From Escherichia phage vB_EcoM_G2133: 64,000 bases of DNA. The DNA lies in the sequence record MK327928.1; one strand, given 5' to 3'. Made by a program: the position numbers and the translations under genes. Below, piece by piece: positions 56,541 through 64,000 of this stretch. Within the stretch, counting starts at the first letter, position 1. Each line of letters starts with the position of its first letter. The notes beneath the pieces are model-generated. The model saw only the letters and a program-made list of their open reading frames with translations, was not told the DNA's origin and did not search any database.

Positions 56541-56820
56541 ATTGAATCACCTTCAGTTGACGTTTTAATTCTTTTATCATTTCTTCGTTCATCGCAATAT
56601 AAAGATCGCGTAAAGCAGGTTTTAGCATGTCATTTATTATAGAACTAAATGGACATACATAATCTTTTCCTACGAGCTTTTTGGTGAATTCCATATCACA
56701 GAACTTAAATCCCGGCTCATTGGTATAAATTCCCCAATTAGTTGACATCATTTTATTGGCATATTCTAGTGCCTGGATTTGATTCATAATTCCATCAATT
56801 TGAAACTTTTTAATATTCAT
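56524..56820 (-). CDS. Hypothetical protein
   Basis: 98-aa ORF. Confidence 0.45.
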   Translation of the reverse strand: MNIKKFQIDGIMNQIQALEYANKMMSTNWGIYTNEPGFKFCDMEFTKKLVGKDYVCPFSSIINDMLKPALRDLYIAMNEEMIKELKRQLKVIQFGQGN

Positions 56821-57281
56821 TAGTAAAGGTCCTCAGAGTAAAGTTCTTTTTCACTACCACCACGTTCAATACGTACTTGTCCAGCGTAAGTTGCAATAAT
56901 CATTGCTTCTTCACGTGTCCAATAATTACTATATTGGTCAATAAACCCTTGGTCATCATCACAAACTTGTTGAGTAACTAATTGAGGTTTAACTACATCT
57001 AAAACTTCTGCCATATCTTTAGAATAATGACGAGCACCTGGAATAATAAGAGTTCGTCCATCTTTTAATTTAAAACGATTAGCTGCACAGACAATTCGTC
57101 GTTGATACTTTTGGTTTTCATCCCAATATGCAGTCTGCCAACAGATTTCAGGAACTTCTTTCAGAATATCTTCTTCTGTGCATTTATAACCATGCGCTTT
57201 AAATTTTTCAACAAGACTTTCTGGAGTTTCACGAGATAAAGGAACATTCAGCATTTTTAAACGATTAATAAATGGGTTCAT
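56820..57281 (-). CDS. Hypothetical protein
   Basis: 153-aa ORF. Confidence 0.5.
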   Translation of the reverse strand: MNPFINRLKMLNVPLSRETPESLVEKFKAHGYKCTEEDILKEVPEICWQTAYWDENQKYQRRIVCAANRFKLKDGRTLIIPGARHYSKDMAEVLDVVKPQLVTQQVCDDDQGFIDQYSNYWTREEAMIIATYAGQVRIERGGSEKELYSEDLY

Positions 57282-57607
57282 TTAAACCATCCTTTAATAC
57301 GTTGCCACAAAGTTTTCTGCTGAGTTTTGTTAACACCAATTGAACGAATAACTGGTTGAGATTCCTGGAATTCTTTATAATCAGCAAGGTAAATTTCGTA
57401 AGCTGCATCCGTAAATGAACTTATCGCTGCCATAAAATTATTGCGAATACCTACTGGAGCATCTTTACTTTCACGAATAATCATGTATTTACCAGTCTTA
57501 ATCTTTACGATAGTTCCAAGATAAGCTCCGTGGTACCAAATATCCCAACCCTCTTGAGTGGGTTCTGCGCAACGACGAAGTTCATTGACAATTTCTAACT
57601 TGTTCAT
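57278..57607 (-). CDS. Hypothetical protein
   Basis: 109-aa ORF. Confidence 0.5.
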   Translation of the reverse strand: MNKLEIVNELRRCAEPTQEGWDIWYHGAYLGTIVKIKTGKYMIIRESKDAPVGIRNNFMAAISSFTDAAYEIYLADYKEFQESQPVIRSIGVNKTQQKTLWQRIKGWFK

Positions 57608-57617
57608 TATTTATTCC

Positions 57618-58253
57618 TCACAGTTCAGATGCTACAGTGATTACAGCTTCAATGTTTTCTACCGAGCGTTTAATGTCAAGATACACATTACCGTTTTTAG
57701 CGATTTTACATGACATTCCGATGTCAGTAAATTTCTGAATATGGTGTTCCATCATTTTGTATCCAAAAATTCGCATATTTCCATTGTTGTTAATTTCAAA
57801 ATTACGAATTCCGTGAGTGCGTTTTTCTAAAATAGCGAGATAGTTACTACGATAAGTTTCAACCTTTTTAAGAACAAATCCATTTTCATCTAAAAGTTTT
57901 AACATAAAGTCTTTATCTTCTTCCATATCGGAAGTAATCTCACGAGCTTTACGAGTTGCTCGTTTTTTCAGTAGTTCTGGAGCATTTTCCTGCGCGTATA
58001 AAGTTGCTGCATTTGAAATAATATCCTGAGCTTCACCTGTAATGATTAATCCATCACCAGATTTCTCCACCAGGCCTTTTTTGATCAATACCCCAATATT
58101 ACTATTAACTACTGCGTTACCTAAATCTGGATGCACCTCACGAACTTCTGCAGCTGTAATGAAATCTTTCTTAGCAATAGTAATTAAAATCGCAGCAGTT
58201 TTTTCGTTCAGAACATCGTTAGAAGCTTTGATGATGTAAGTTACTTTAGACAT
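57618..58253 (-). CDS. motA: Middle-transcription activator MotA
   Basis: 211 aa; MSKVTYIIKASNDVLNEKTAAILITIAKKD…. Confidence 0.85.
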   Translation of the reverse strand: MSKVTYIIKASNDVLNEKTAAILITIAKKDFITAAEVREVHPDLGNAVVNSNIGVLIKKGLVEKSGDGLIITGEAQDIISNAATLYAQENAPELLKKRATRKAREITSDMEEDKDFMLKLLDENGFVLKKVETYRSNYLAILEKRTHGIRNFEINNNGNMRIFGYKMMEHHIQKFTDIGMSCKIAKNGNVYLDIKRSVENIEAVITVASEL

Positions 58254-58284
58254 TTTCTAATCTCCGTAATTCTGTATCAGTAGT

Positions 58285-58345
58285 TGATAGTTGTATAGTA
58301 CCACAGTATGCTTTGGTTGTAAACCGTTTTGTGAAAAAAAAATTT
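58285..58345 (-). promoter_or_regulatory. Putative early promoter upstream of motA
   Basis: Minus strand: T/A-rich tract, cacaaaacgGTTTACAaccaaagcatactgtggTACTATacaac. Confidence 0.55.
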
Positions 58346-58357
58346 TAAATAAAAAAG

Positions 58358-58377
58358 GGAGAGCCTCGGCTCTCCCT
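58358..58377 (-). terminator. Hairpin gggagagccTCggctctccc
   Basis: 9-bp GC stem; minus transcript followed by a U-run. Confidence 0.65.
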
Positions 58378-58381
58378 AAAA

Positions 58382-58531
58382 TTACTGCATGACTGTGATA
58401 ACTGTCATGATAACACGTTGAATTCCGAACGCAAGAAGACCTCCTGCTACGGCTGGAACAACACCTAAACCCGCCAGTAAAATGCTACCGGATACTAATG
58501 CCGCGCTTGTAATACCTATGAATGGACTCAT
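58382..58531 (-). CDS. Small hydrophobic membrane peptide (49 aa)
   Basis: Unlisted ORF: MSPFIGITSAALVSGSILLAGLGVVPAVAGGLLAFGIQRVIMTVITVMQ; ATG overlaps gp52 stop (ATGA). Confidence 0.5.
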   Translation of the reverse strand: MSPFIGITSAALVSGSILLAGLGVVPAVAGGLLAFGIQRVIMTVITVMQ

Positions 58532-59856
58532 TTGATTTCCTCTAAATCTTTGGTGTATTCTGTAACTACATCAGTAGTTTTCCAATATTCGTTTTCTTCT
58601 TTCTTAGCTTTAGCTTCTTCAGCAAGTTTCTTTGCTTCGTCGGAAGTCATATGAAAAATATTCATTCCAACTAGTTTATCAACATAAGAAGAATACATAT
58701 CGATTTTCGAAAGTTCTTCGGTCAGTTCTTTGCGAGTTTTACCCTGTACAACGATTTCACCTAAAATTACTTTCTTAATGAAATGTGCCTTGGCAAAAGC
58801 TAAACGAAAAGCTGACTCAGTTTCTTTAATTTTATTATCAATTCGTTTTTGGACATAAGTTTTACGAACTTCAACGAAGTCTTTGATTAAATCAACTACG
58901 TTATCGTAAACTTGTAGTTTTCCTTTCTCATTAATAACCGTAATATTCTGAGAACGACGCTCAATCAACCCGAAGTCTTTCATAATTTTTGCATGGCGTT
59001 CTTCTTCGTTATCGCTCAAAGAGTATTCTTTGCGGAATTTAACTTTGAAGCCAAAACCATGCTCACCACAAGCATCATCCCATGTAATGAAGCCTTTATC
59101 TTCAAGCGGGTCTAAGATTTTACTCACGTAAGTTTCACGATCATACTTATACGGAATCTCAGTGATATTCATTTGAGTTTGTGAAGTAAACTTGTACGTT
59201 CCACGAATTTCATATTGACCGTCAATCTCAACGACTTCACCACGAAATTCTGGGAATTCTACCTTCGGTTTAGTTACTTTCTTTCCTTGAAGAGCTTGCA
59301 GTACAGCTTTCTTGACAGAAGAAACACTATGAGGAAGAATGTAAGTTGCATAACCAGTTGCAATACCGGAAACGCCATTAAGAAGAACAGTAGGAATAAT
59401 AGGCAAATAGAAAGCAGGCGGAATGTGTTCTTTATCTTGATGTACCGGAGCATATTCAGTATCTTTATACACGTTATAGAAATTTTTACTTACACGAGCA
59501 AAAATATAACGACTCGCCGCTGCCTTTTGAACGGTACGAGAACCAAAGTTTCCTTGACCATCTAACAGAGGAAAGTTATTATTCCAAGTGTTAGCCATCA
59601 AAGCTCCCGCATCTTGCGCAGAGTTTTCGCCATGGTGATATCCAAGGTCCGCTACACCACCTGCGATAGAAGCGAGCTTATGAAACTTATCTTTATTTCC
59701 TCGTGCCAAATCAAGAGCTCGAGCAATAACAAATCGTTGAACTGGCTTAAATCCATCAATCATATTTGGGATAGCACGATTTTCAACCGTGTACATAGCA
59801 TAAGCCAATGCTTCATTATCAATGATACTTTTTAAATCGCGATTATTCAGTTGCAT
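58528..59856 (-). CDS. 52: DNA topoisomerase II medium subunit gp52 (GyrA-like)
   Basis: 442 aa; GyrA N-terminal-like, active-site region …AAASRYIFARVS…. Confidence 0.9.
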   Translation of the reverse strand: MQLNNRDLKSIIDNEALAYAMYTVENRAIPNMIDGFKPVQRFVIARALDLARGNKDKFHKLASIAGGVADLGYHHGENSAQDAGALMANTWNNNFPLLDGQGNFGSRTVQKAAASRYIFARVSKNFYNVYKDTEYAPVHQDKEHIPPAFYLPIIPTVLLNGVSGIATGYATYILPHSVSSVKKAVLQALQGKKVTKPKVEFPEFRGEVVEIDGQYEIRGTYKFTSQTQMNITEIPYKYDRETYVSKILDPLEDKGFITWDDACGEHGFGFKVKFRKEYSLSDNEEERHAKIMKDFGLIERRSQNITVINEKGKLQVYDNVVDLIKDFVEVRKTYVQKRIDNKIKETESAFRLAFAKAHFIKKVILGEIVVQGKTRKELTEELSKIDMYSSYVDKLVGMNIFHMTSDEAKKLAEEAKAKKEENEYWKTTDVVTEYTKDLEEIK

Positions 59857-59860
59857 AAAT

Positions 59861-60001
59861 TTACCATACTAGTGAATGTAGTGCCATAATAACATCAGAA
59901 ATGAAAAGCACGACTTGAATTAATCCGAACATTACTCCATAATATAGTGCTACTAATAAAGTAGCAAGGGCTAATGAATAGCCCAAGATTTTCTTAATCA
60001 T
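59861..60001 (-). CDS. Small hydrophobic membrane peptide (46 aa)
   Basis: Unlisted ORF: MIKKILGYSLALATLLVALYYGVMFGLIQVVLFISDVIMALHSLVW. Confidence 0.45.
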   Translation of the reverse strand: MIKKILGYSLALATLLVALYYGVMFGLIQVVLFISDVIMALHSLVW

Positions 60002-60152
60002 TAGTAGATAACAACACAAATGTTAAATATGCACACATACCCTGAGCTAAAGCTTGCGAAAACACACTGCTGGCATCAATACAGATAGTTAAAACACATG
60101 CTACTATCCAACAAATAAATGAAATAACTCCTAATAATTTTGCAATATTCAT
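59994..60152 (-). CDS. Small hydrophobic membrane peptide (52 aa); candidate ac-like
   Basis: Unlisted ORF: MNIAKLLGVISFICWIVACVLTICIDASSVFSQALAQGMCAYLTFVLLSTND. Confidence 0.45.
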   Translation of the reverse strand: MNIAKLLGVISFICWIVACVLTICIDASSVFSQALAQGMCAYLTFVLLSTND

Positions 60153-60159
60153 ATTTTCC

Positions 60160-60240
60160 TCACTGGCGTCCGAAGACGCCTTTAGTTTTAAGATTATTAC
60201 GATAGAACTGCATCACGTGTTCGTTGTGGAAATTACTCAT
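60160..60240 (-). CDS. stp: Stp peptide (26 aa)
   Basis: Unlisted ORF: [26 protein letters not shown]; ATG overlaps ndd stop. Confidence 0.75.
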
Positions 60241-60695
60241 TAATATGCCTGCAAAACGAATTTAAAATTATCAGCCAACATACGGTTCATTTCTTCAAGT
60301 GTTTGATACTCAGAATGATGATTACGAGTAAACGCTAAAGCTAACTGTCCTTTTCCAAATCCCGTCGTCAGAGGTTTCATCTTAGAAGCAGGCAGATAAA
60401 ATACTGTGTATGGAACATTGTTATTTGCAATAGTACGCGCAAGCTGAGACCGGCGTTGACGAATATGACTTAAAACCGCACTGAATCCTTGCTTAGAACG
60501 CTGATTACCTACATAAAATCGTGCAGATACGCATGGACTACTAAATGGACCACCGAGTTTACTCACTAAAAAGTAAAATCCAGGATTAGACAAAATGTCT
60601 TTGTGCGGAGTTCCCAAAAACCACTCACCACCCTTGATTGTACCAATAACAGTTGCGCCTGCATTGTTCAGATCAGTAACAGTCATATATTTCAT
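60240..60695 (-). CDS. ndd: Nucleoid disruption protein Ndd
   Basis: 151 aa from internal Met ([11 protein letters not shown]…); longest ORF extends to 60743. Confidence 0.75.
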
Positions 60696-60755
60696 ATTAA
60701 TTTCCTCTAAATTATTTTCTACTCCAAGGCCGCATGAATACACACGGCCATTAAA

Positions 60756-60971
60756 TTACTCGTCGCAGTCGACGCTCAATTCCCAGAATTCTTCTACGGT
60801 ATAAGTTTCAGTATCATTTTCAATACAGAAACGTTCATTACTGTTATTTGCTAAAGTAGCATTAACTGTCGGTTTCTCGCTAGTGCTCTTAAGAGGTGAA
60901 ATACGAATTAACTGATCACCGTTATCTAAACAGAAAATTTCACCAACTTTTACATCTTTAAAGATTTTCAT
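60756..60971 (-). CDS. Hypothetical acidic protein
   Basis: 71-aa ORF. Confidence 0.45.
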   Translation of the reverse strand: MKIFKDVKVGEIFCLDNGDQLIRISPLKSTSEKPTVNATLANNSNERFCIENDTETYTVEEFWELSVDCDE

Positions 60972-60979
60972 AATTCACC

Positions 60980-61090
60980 TCAAGGAGTATAAAATCCGAA
61001 TGCAGTTGTTGACCATCCCATCCAATATGGGAAATTTGCACCAATGTAAAACATGAGAATATAAAACCAACCACTCAGCAAATTCATCAT
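60980..61090 (-). CDS. Hydrophobic micro-ORF (36 aa)
   Basis: Unlisted: MMNLLSGWFYILMFYIGANFPYWMGWSTTAFGFYTP; ATGA overlap with upstream ORF. Confidence 0.35.
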   Translation of the reverse strand: MMNLLSGWFYILMFYIGANFPYWMGWSTTAFGFYTP

Positions 61091-61305
61091 TTTACACCAT
61101 TCCAAATTGTTTCAACTACGGATTTTAAACCATTTTGATGAATATCCATTCCGACTACCGCCATCAAATAGATTCCAACTACAACTGAACCTAAGGCAAA
61201 AATCAGCATAAAAATGAATAAAGCCGGAAAAATATTATCGAAAAACCATTCAATAAATGTAAAAGCACTACGCTTACGTTTCATATTTTCCTCACATAAA
61301 TCCAA
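61087..61305 (-). CDS. Hypothetical membrane protein
   Basis: 72-aa ORF with one TM segment. Confidence 0.45.
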   Translation of the reverse strand: MDLCEENMKRKRSAFTFIEWFFDNIFPALFIFMLIFALGSVVVGIYLMAVVGMDIHQNGLKSVVETIWNGVK

Positions 61306-61405
61306 AATAAGCGTTTAACATATCAATCATTAAAACGATTGGGAATATACTCAAAACTATTAGTATTATAACTACATTCCATATAGCTTTAACAATCTTT
61401 TTCAT
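61292..61405 (-). CDS. Hydrophobic micro-ORF (37 aa; internal start of longer ORF)
   Basis: MKKIVKAIWNVVIILIVLSIFPIVLMIDMLNAYFGFM; the promoter-like element lies inside the longer ORF. Confidence 0.4.
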   Translation of the reverse strand: MKKIVKAIWNVVIILIVLSIFPIVLMIDMLNAYFGFM

Positions 61406-61415
61406 TTTCTGTTCC

Positions 61416-61460
61416 TCCGTAGTTGATAGGGTAATAGTACCACGGAAGAACAGTCTTGTA
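61416..61460 (-). promoter_or_regulatory. Putative early promoter (diverged copy of the repeated element)
   Basis: gtagttgatagggtaatagtaccacggaagaacagtcttgtaaac resembles the 58285/61921 elements. Confidence 0.4.
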
Positions 61461-61470
61461 AACAACTTTT

Positions 61471-61569
61471 TTAAAAATATTCGTAATAAATGTGAATACC
61501 AACTACTACCGCTGAAACCTGTGCAACCCACCACGCGCAAGCAATAAGTACAGAATTCAAAATTTTCAT
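61471..61569 (-). CDS. Hydrophobic micro-ORF (32 aa)
   Basis: Unlisted: MKILNSVLIACAWWVAQVSAVVVGIHIYYEYF. Confidence 0.35.
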   Translation of the reverse strand: MKILNSVLIACAWWVAQVSAVVVGIHIYYEYF

Positions 61570-61652
61570 AATAACCTCATCACAAAAGTAAATGTTAAAC
61601 AAATTACTGGAATACTAATTAACCAAACAAAACACCGCCATAATGAACTCAT
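61566..61652 (-). CDS. Hydrophobic micro-ORF (28 aa)
   Basis: Unlisted: MSSLWRCFVWLISIPVICLTFTFVMRLL; ATGA overlaps at both ends. Confidence 0.35.
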   Translation of the reverse strand: MSSLWRCFVWLISIPVICLTFTFVMRLL

Positions 61653-61912
61653 AGTTCAATCTCAATGATTTCAAGATTATTTTCTTTAATAGCTTTCTTT
61701 AAATCATCGTAAATAAGAACTTCCCAAGAATTGTTTAAATCACCATTCAACAAACGCTCTTGTTGCAATTTATCAGTAAGATATGGTTGATCTGATTCAT
61801 ATTTAGACAATCCCAATGAAATAAATGATGTTGCATCGTCAATTTCAGAATATTGTACATAAACAAATTCACCTGTGATTTTATGTTTAACATAAAAGAA
61901 TTTAAATTTCAT
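61649..61912 (-). CDS. Hypothetical protein (87 aa from internal Met)
   Basis: MKFKFFYVKHKITGEF…; longest ORF to 62005 would include the promoter element. Confidence 0.45.
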   Translation of the reverse strand: MKFKFFYVKHKITGEFVYVQYSEIDDATSFISLGLSKYESDQPYLTDKLQQERLLNGDLNNSWEVLIYDDLKKAIKENNLEIIEIEL

Positions 61913-61920
61913 TTTTGTTC

Positions 61921-61985
61921 CTCTGTAGTTGATAGTTGTATAGTACCACAGTCCTTGTGGTATGTAAACCGTTTTGTGAAATTTT
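61921..61985 (-). promoter_or_regulatory. Putative early promoter (repeated element)
   Basis: gtagttgatagttgtatagtaccacagtccttgtggtatgtaaaccgttttgtgaaattttttt. Confidence 0.5.
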
Positions 61986-61986
61986 T

Positions 61987-62544
61987 TTAAATGGAAAGAT
62001 ACCATCCGTTGTAGTTGCTTTTTCTTACAACCTTACGAAGGTCTTCTCTATCACCGATGAACTTCGGAGTGTACTGGATGACACCTGGGTGAATTTCTTT
62101 AGTGTTGAATATAATTATACAGTCAGCGACCTGATGATTCAGAATGGGCCCTAGATTTATTCCAGAACCATATGGATACTCTCCGCTGCATCCTGTTGTT
62201 ACAGAAATCCAACGTGAGTCAGTTTGATGTGTCTTAACTTCTACACGAAGCCCGCAGTATCTTGGATGCGCCAATACATCCCATGCGTATGTATACGGGT
62301 CATTAACGTCCTCTTGGCCTTTGTTAACATACCCGCTTAGCCAATCTGCTACAAAAAACTCTGCGTACACCGCGATACGGCATCTTTCGATAACTTCTGC
62401 TTTATCCTGGTTCGGGTTTTGTTTTAAAGAGTATCTTGCTGTATCAGCAATTTTGACCTTCATTTCACTAGTCAAATCACTGTTCGATAGGGTAAATGTC
62501 GGAATCTGAAATAGTCTCTGTAAACCCGGATTCGTTTTCTGCAT
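61987..62544 (-). CDS. denB: Endonuclease IV DenB
   Basis: 185 aa; position next to rIIB. Confidence 0.7.
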   Translation of the reverse strand: MQKTNPGLQRLFQIPTFTLSNSDLTSEMKVKIADTARYSLKQNPNQDKAEVIERCRIAVYAEFFVADWLSGYVNKGQEDVNDPYTYAWDVLAHPRYCGLRVEVKTHQTDSRWISVTTGCSGEYPYGSGINLGPILNHQVADCIIIFNTKEIHPGVIQYTPKFIGDREDLRKVVRKSNYNGWYLSI

Positions 62545-62806
62545 TTAGACTTTCCTTTTTACCGCTGAGATAAGCGTTATATACTTTAAGAGTGCCGTAA
62601 TAAATTCGGTCATTTTCATCTAAAGACTCACGGTCAAGCTCATCGAGTTCCTTTTTATCCATGACTATAATATCATTGCAGTAAAGAAACCCAAGTTTTT
62701 CGTGACCAAACTCAAATTTATTACAGTACACAATATTAGCGTGATGATTTCCGTGCAGTTTAATCTCTTTTATGTCGGAATCACCGATATTCATACAATA
62801 AATCAT
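62477..62806 (-). CDS. Hypothetical acidic protein
   Basis: 109-aa ORF. Confidence 0.45.
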   Translation of the reverse strand: MIYCMNIGDSDIKEIKLHGNHHANIVYCNKFEFGHEKLGFLYCNDIIVMDKKELDELDRESLDENDRIYYGTLKVYNAYLSGKKESLNAENESGFTETISDSDIYPIEQ

Positions 62807-62826
62807 AATTTTTCCTTAAAACAAAA

Positions 62827-62838
62827 GGGCCGAAGCCC
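62827..62838 (-). terminator. Hairpin gggccGAAgccc (cassette copy 1)
   Basis: Perfect stem between stop of ORF 62839..63033 and start of ORF 62477..62806. Confidence 0.45.
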
Positions 62839-63033
62839 TTATTTAAATTGTTCAATTCTTTTCTCTAGACATTCAGCATAAGATTTCATTGAGATGAACT
62901 GTGAAAGTAGAAGTTCTTGCTCAACTGCACTAACTGTTAGAAACTTTGTGCTTTCTAAAAATTTACTCAGTGCATTAATTTTGAGCATTAATTGATCGTA
63001 TTCTTCTTTTACTCGTGCTTGATAACCTAACAT
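62839..63033 (-). CDS. Hypothetical coiled-coil protein
   Basis: 64-aa ORF. Confidence 0.45.
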   Translation of the reverse strand: MLGYQARVKEEYDQLMLKINALSKFLESTKFLTVSAVEQELLLSQFISMKSYAECLEKRIEQFK

Positions 63034-63049
63034 AATTTTCCTTAGTTAA

Positions 63050-63061
63050 GGGCCGAAGCCC
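63050..63061 (-). terminator. Hairpin gggccGAAgccc (cassette copy 2) after rIIB
   Basis: Identical to 62827-62838, with identical flanks. Confidence 0.45.
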
Positions 63062-64000
63062 TTATTTAAATTGTTCAGTAACGTCTTCAACTACTTCGTA
63101 TTGGCAGGTACGCATTTTAGCATCGTTGTAATCAATCGGAATTGATACTACATCACGCGGATGTACTTTAACTTTTACAACTCGGCTAGTTGAACTGCCA
63201 AAGTGGCGAATATAAGATTTAGAACACACATGCAGACCACGAGAACAAGTTTGTGTATCATCGTCATTCACACGAGTACGTGGCATTTTAACTACTTTAC
63301 CAGGACTGTTATCAAAGGTATTTGAGTGACAGTCAAAGTAATTACTACGAACTACTTTCCAAGCATAGAAGTAACCATCTTCTGTAATTTCAATATCGTT
63401 TGCTACCAAGAAATCAAAGAGTCGAGATACCGCTTTTTGGCTTGGGTTTTCCAACAGATTTTCCAAGAACGGAAAATAAAATTCAAAGTTTTCACCTTTT
63501 TCCATCGAATCGAGAATACGATCAACCAGACCAGACCGCAATTCAATATTTTGATAGAACAAGCTTCCACCTTCAATTCGAACATCACCAGAAATATATT
63601 TTTCAACAGCGCGACGAACATTAATTTTTTGTGCCGCTTCTTCCAACTTATCTGCTACAAGCAGATTAAGAATTTCCTGGAAGTTTGAATGAGTATTAGG
63701 AGTTGCGTTATAAGTTACACCGTCAACAGTAATTGAAATGAATTTTTTAGAAGCATTCCAAATAATATCAGATTTAGCAACTGGAGCAATAGCTACATCG
63801 CTATTAACTTTAACTGTAATATCACCGCTAATAGTAACTTTAGAGCGTTTAGCTTCTTCAGCATTTTTCAAAACACGACGGATTGTGTCAACCGATACAC
63901 CTTGCCAATCAGCCAATTCCTGTTGGGTGTAATTACCACTTGAATACAATTTAACAATTTCAGCTTGTTCGTTTTTGGTCAGGCATTTAATATTGTACAT
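63062..64000 (-). CDS. rIIB: rIIB protein
   Basis: 312 aa; Met codon at the window edge; MYNIKCLTKNEQAEIVKLYSSGNYTQQELADW…. Confidence 0.85.
   Translation of the reverse strand: MYNIKCLTKNEQAEIVKLYSSGNYTQQELADWQGVSVDTIRRVLKNAEEAKRSKVTISGDITVKVNSDVAIAPVAKSDIIWNASKKFISITVDGVTYNATPNTHSNFQEILNLLVADKLEEAAQKINVRRAVEKYISGDVRIEGGSLFYQNIELRSGLVDRILDSMEKGENFEFYFPFLENLLENPSQKAVSRLFDFLVANDIEITEDGYFYAWKVVRSNYFDCHSNTFDNSPGKVVKMPRTRVNDDDTQTCSRGLHVCSKSYIRHFGSSTSRVVKVKVHPRDVVSIPIDYNDAKMRTCQYEVVEDVTEQFK

Overview
This window is a contiguous stretch of a T-even (T4-like, Tequatrovirus-type) virulent coliphage genome, colinear with the T4 map from the 3' end of gene 23 to rIIB. All identifications come from reading the supplied translations and DNA against remembered T4 protein families; no database search was run. 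Plus-strand late genes: gp23 (C-terminal part), gp24, baseplate genes 51-27-28-29-48-54, and tail fibre genes 34-35-36-37-38 followed by holin t. Minus-strand early/middle genes: rnlB, hoc, inh, uvsY, gp25/26, two tandem Alt-family ADP-ribosyltransferases, DNA ligase gp30, the 30.x cluster, rIII, gp31, cd, pseT, a spanin pair, alc, rnlA, denA, nrdB, nrdA, td split by a 1016-nt group I intron carrying I-TevI, frd, gp32, gp59, gp33, dsbA, rnh, asiA, arn, motA, gp52, stp, ndd, denB and rIIB. The phage looks T2/T6-like rather than T4 itself: gp38 is a glycine-rich adhesin, gp37 ends in a chaperone-like tail, nrdB is uninterrupted, and Hoc is longer. I found no CRISPR array, tRNA, integrase, transposase or recognisable defence system, and no convincing wholly new system. 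The best leads are a NADAR/YbiA-like ORF and a HAD-like ORF in the 30.x cluster next to the Alt pair, chains of translationally coupled hydrophobic micro-ORFs around gp52 and ndd-denB, a hairpin inside the stp coding sequence, and a duplicated stop-hairpin-RBS-start cassette near rIIB. Gene symbols for small ORFs are positional guesses.
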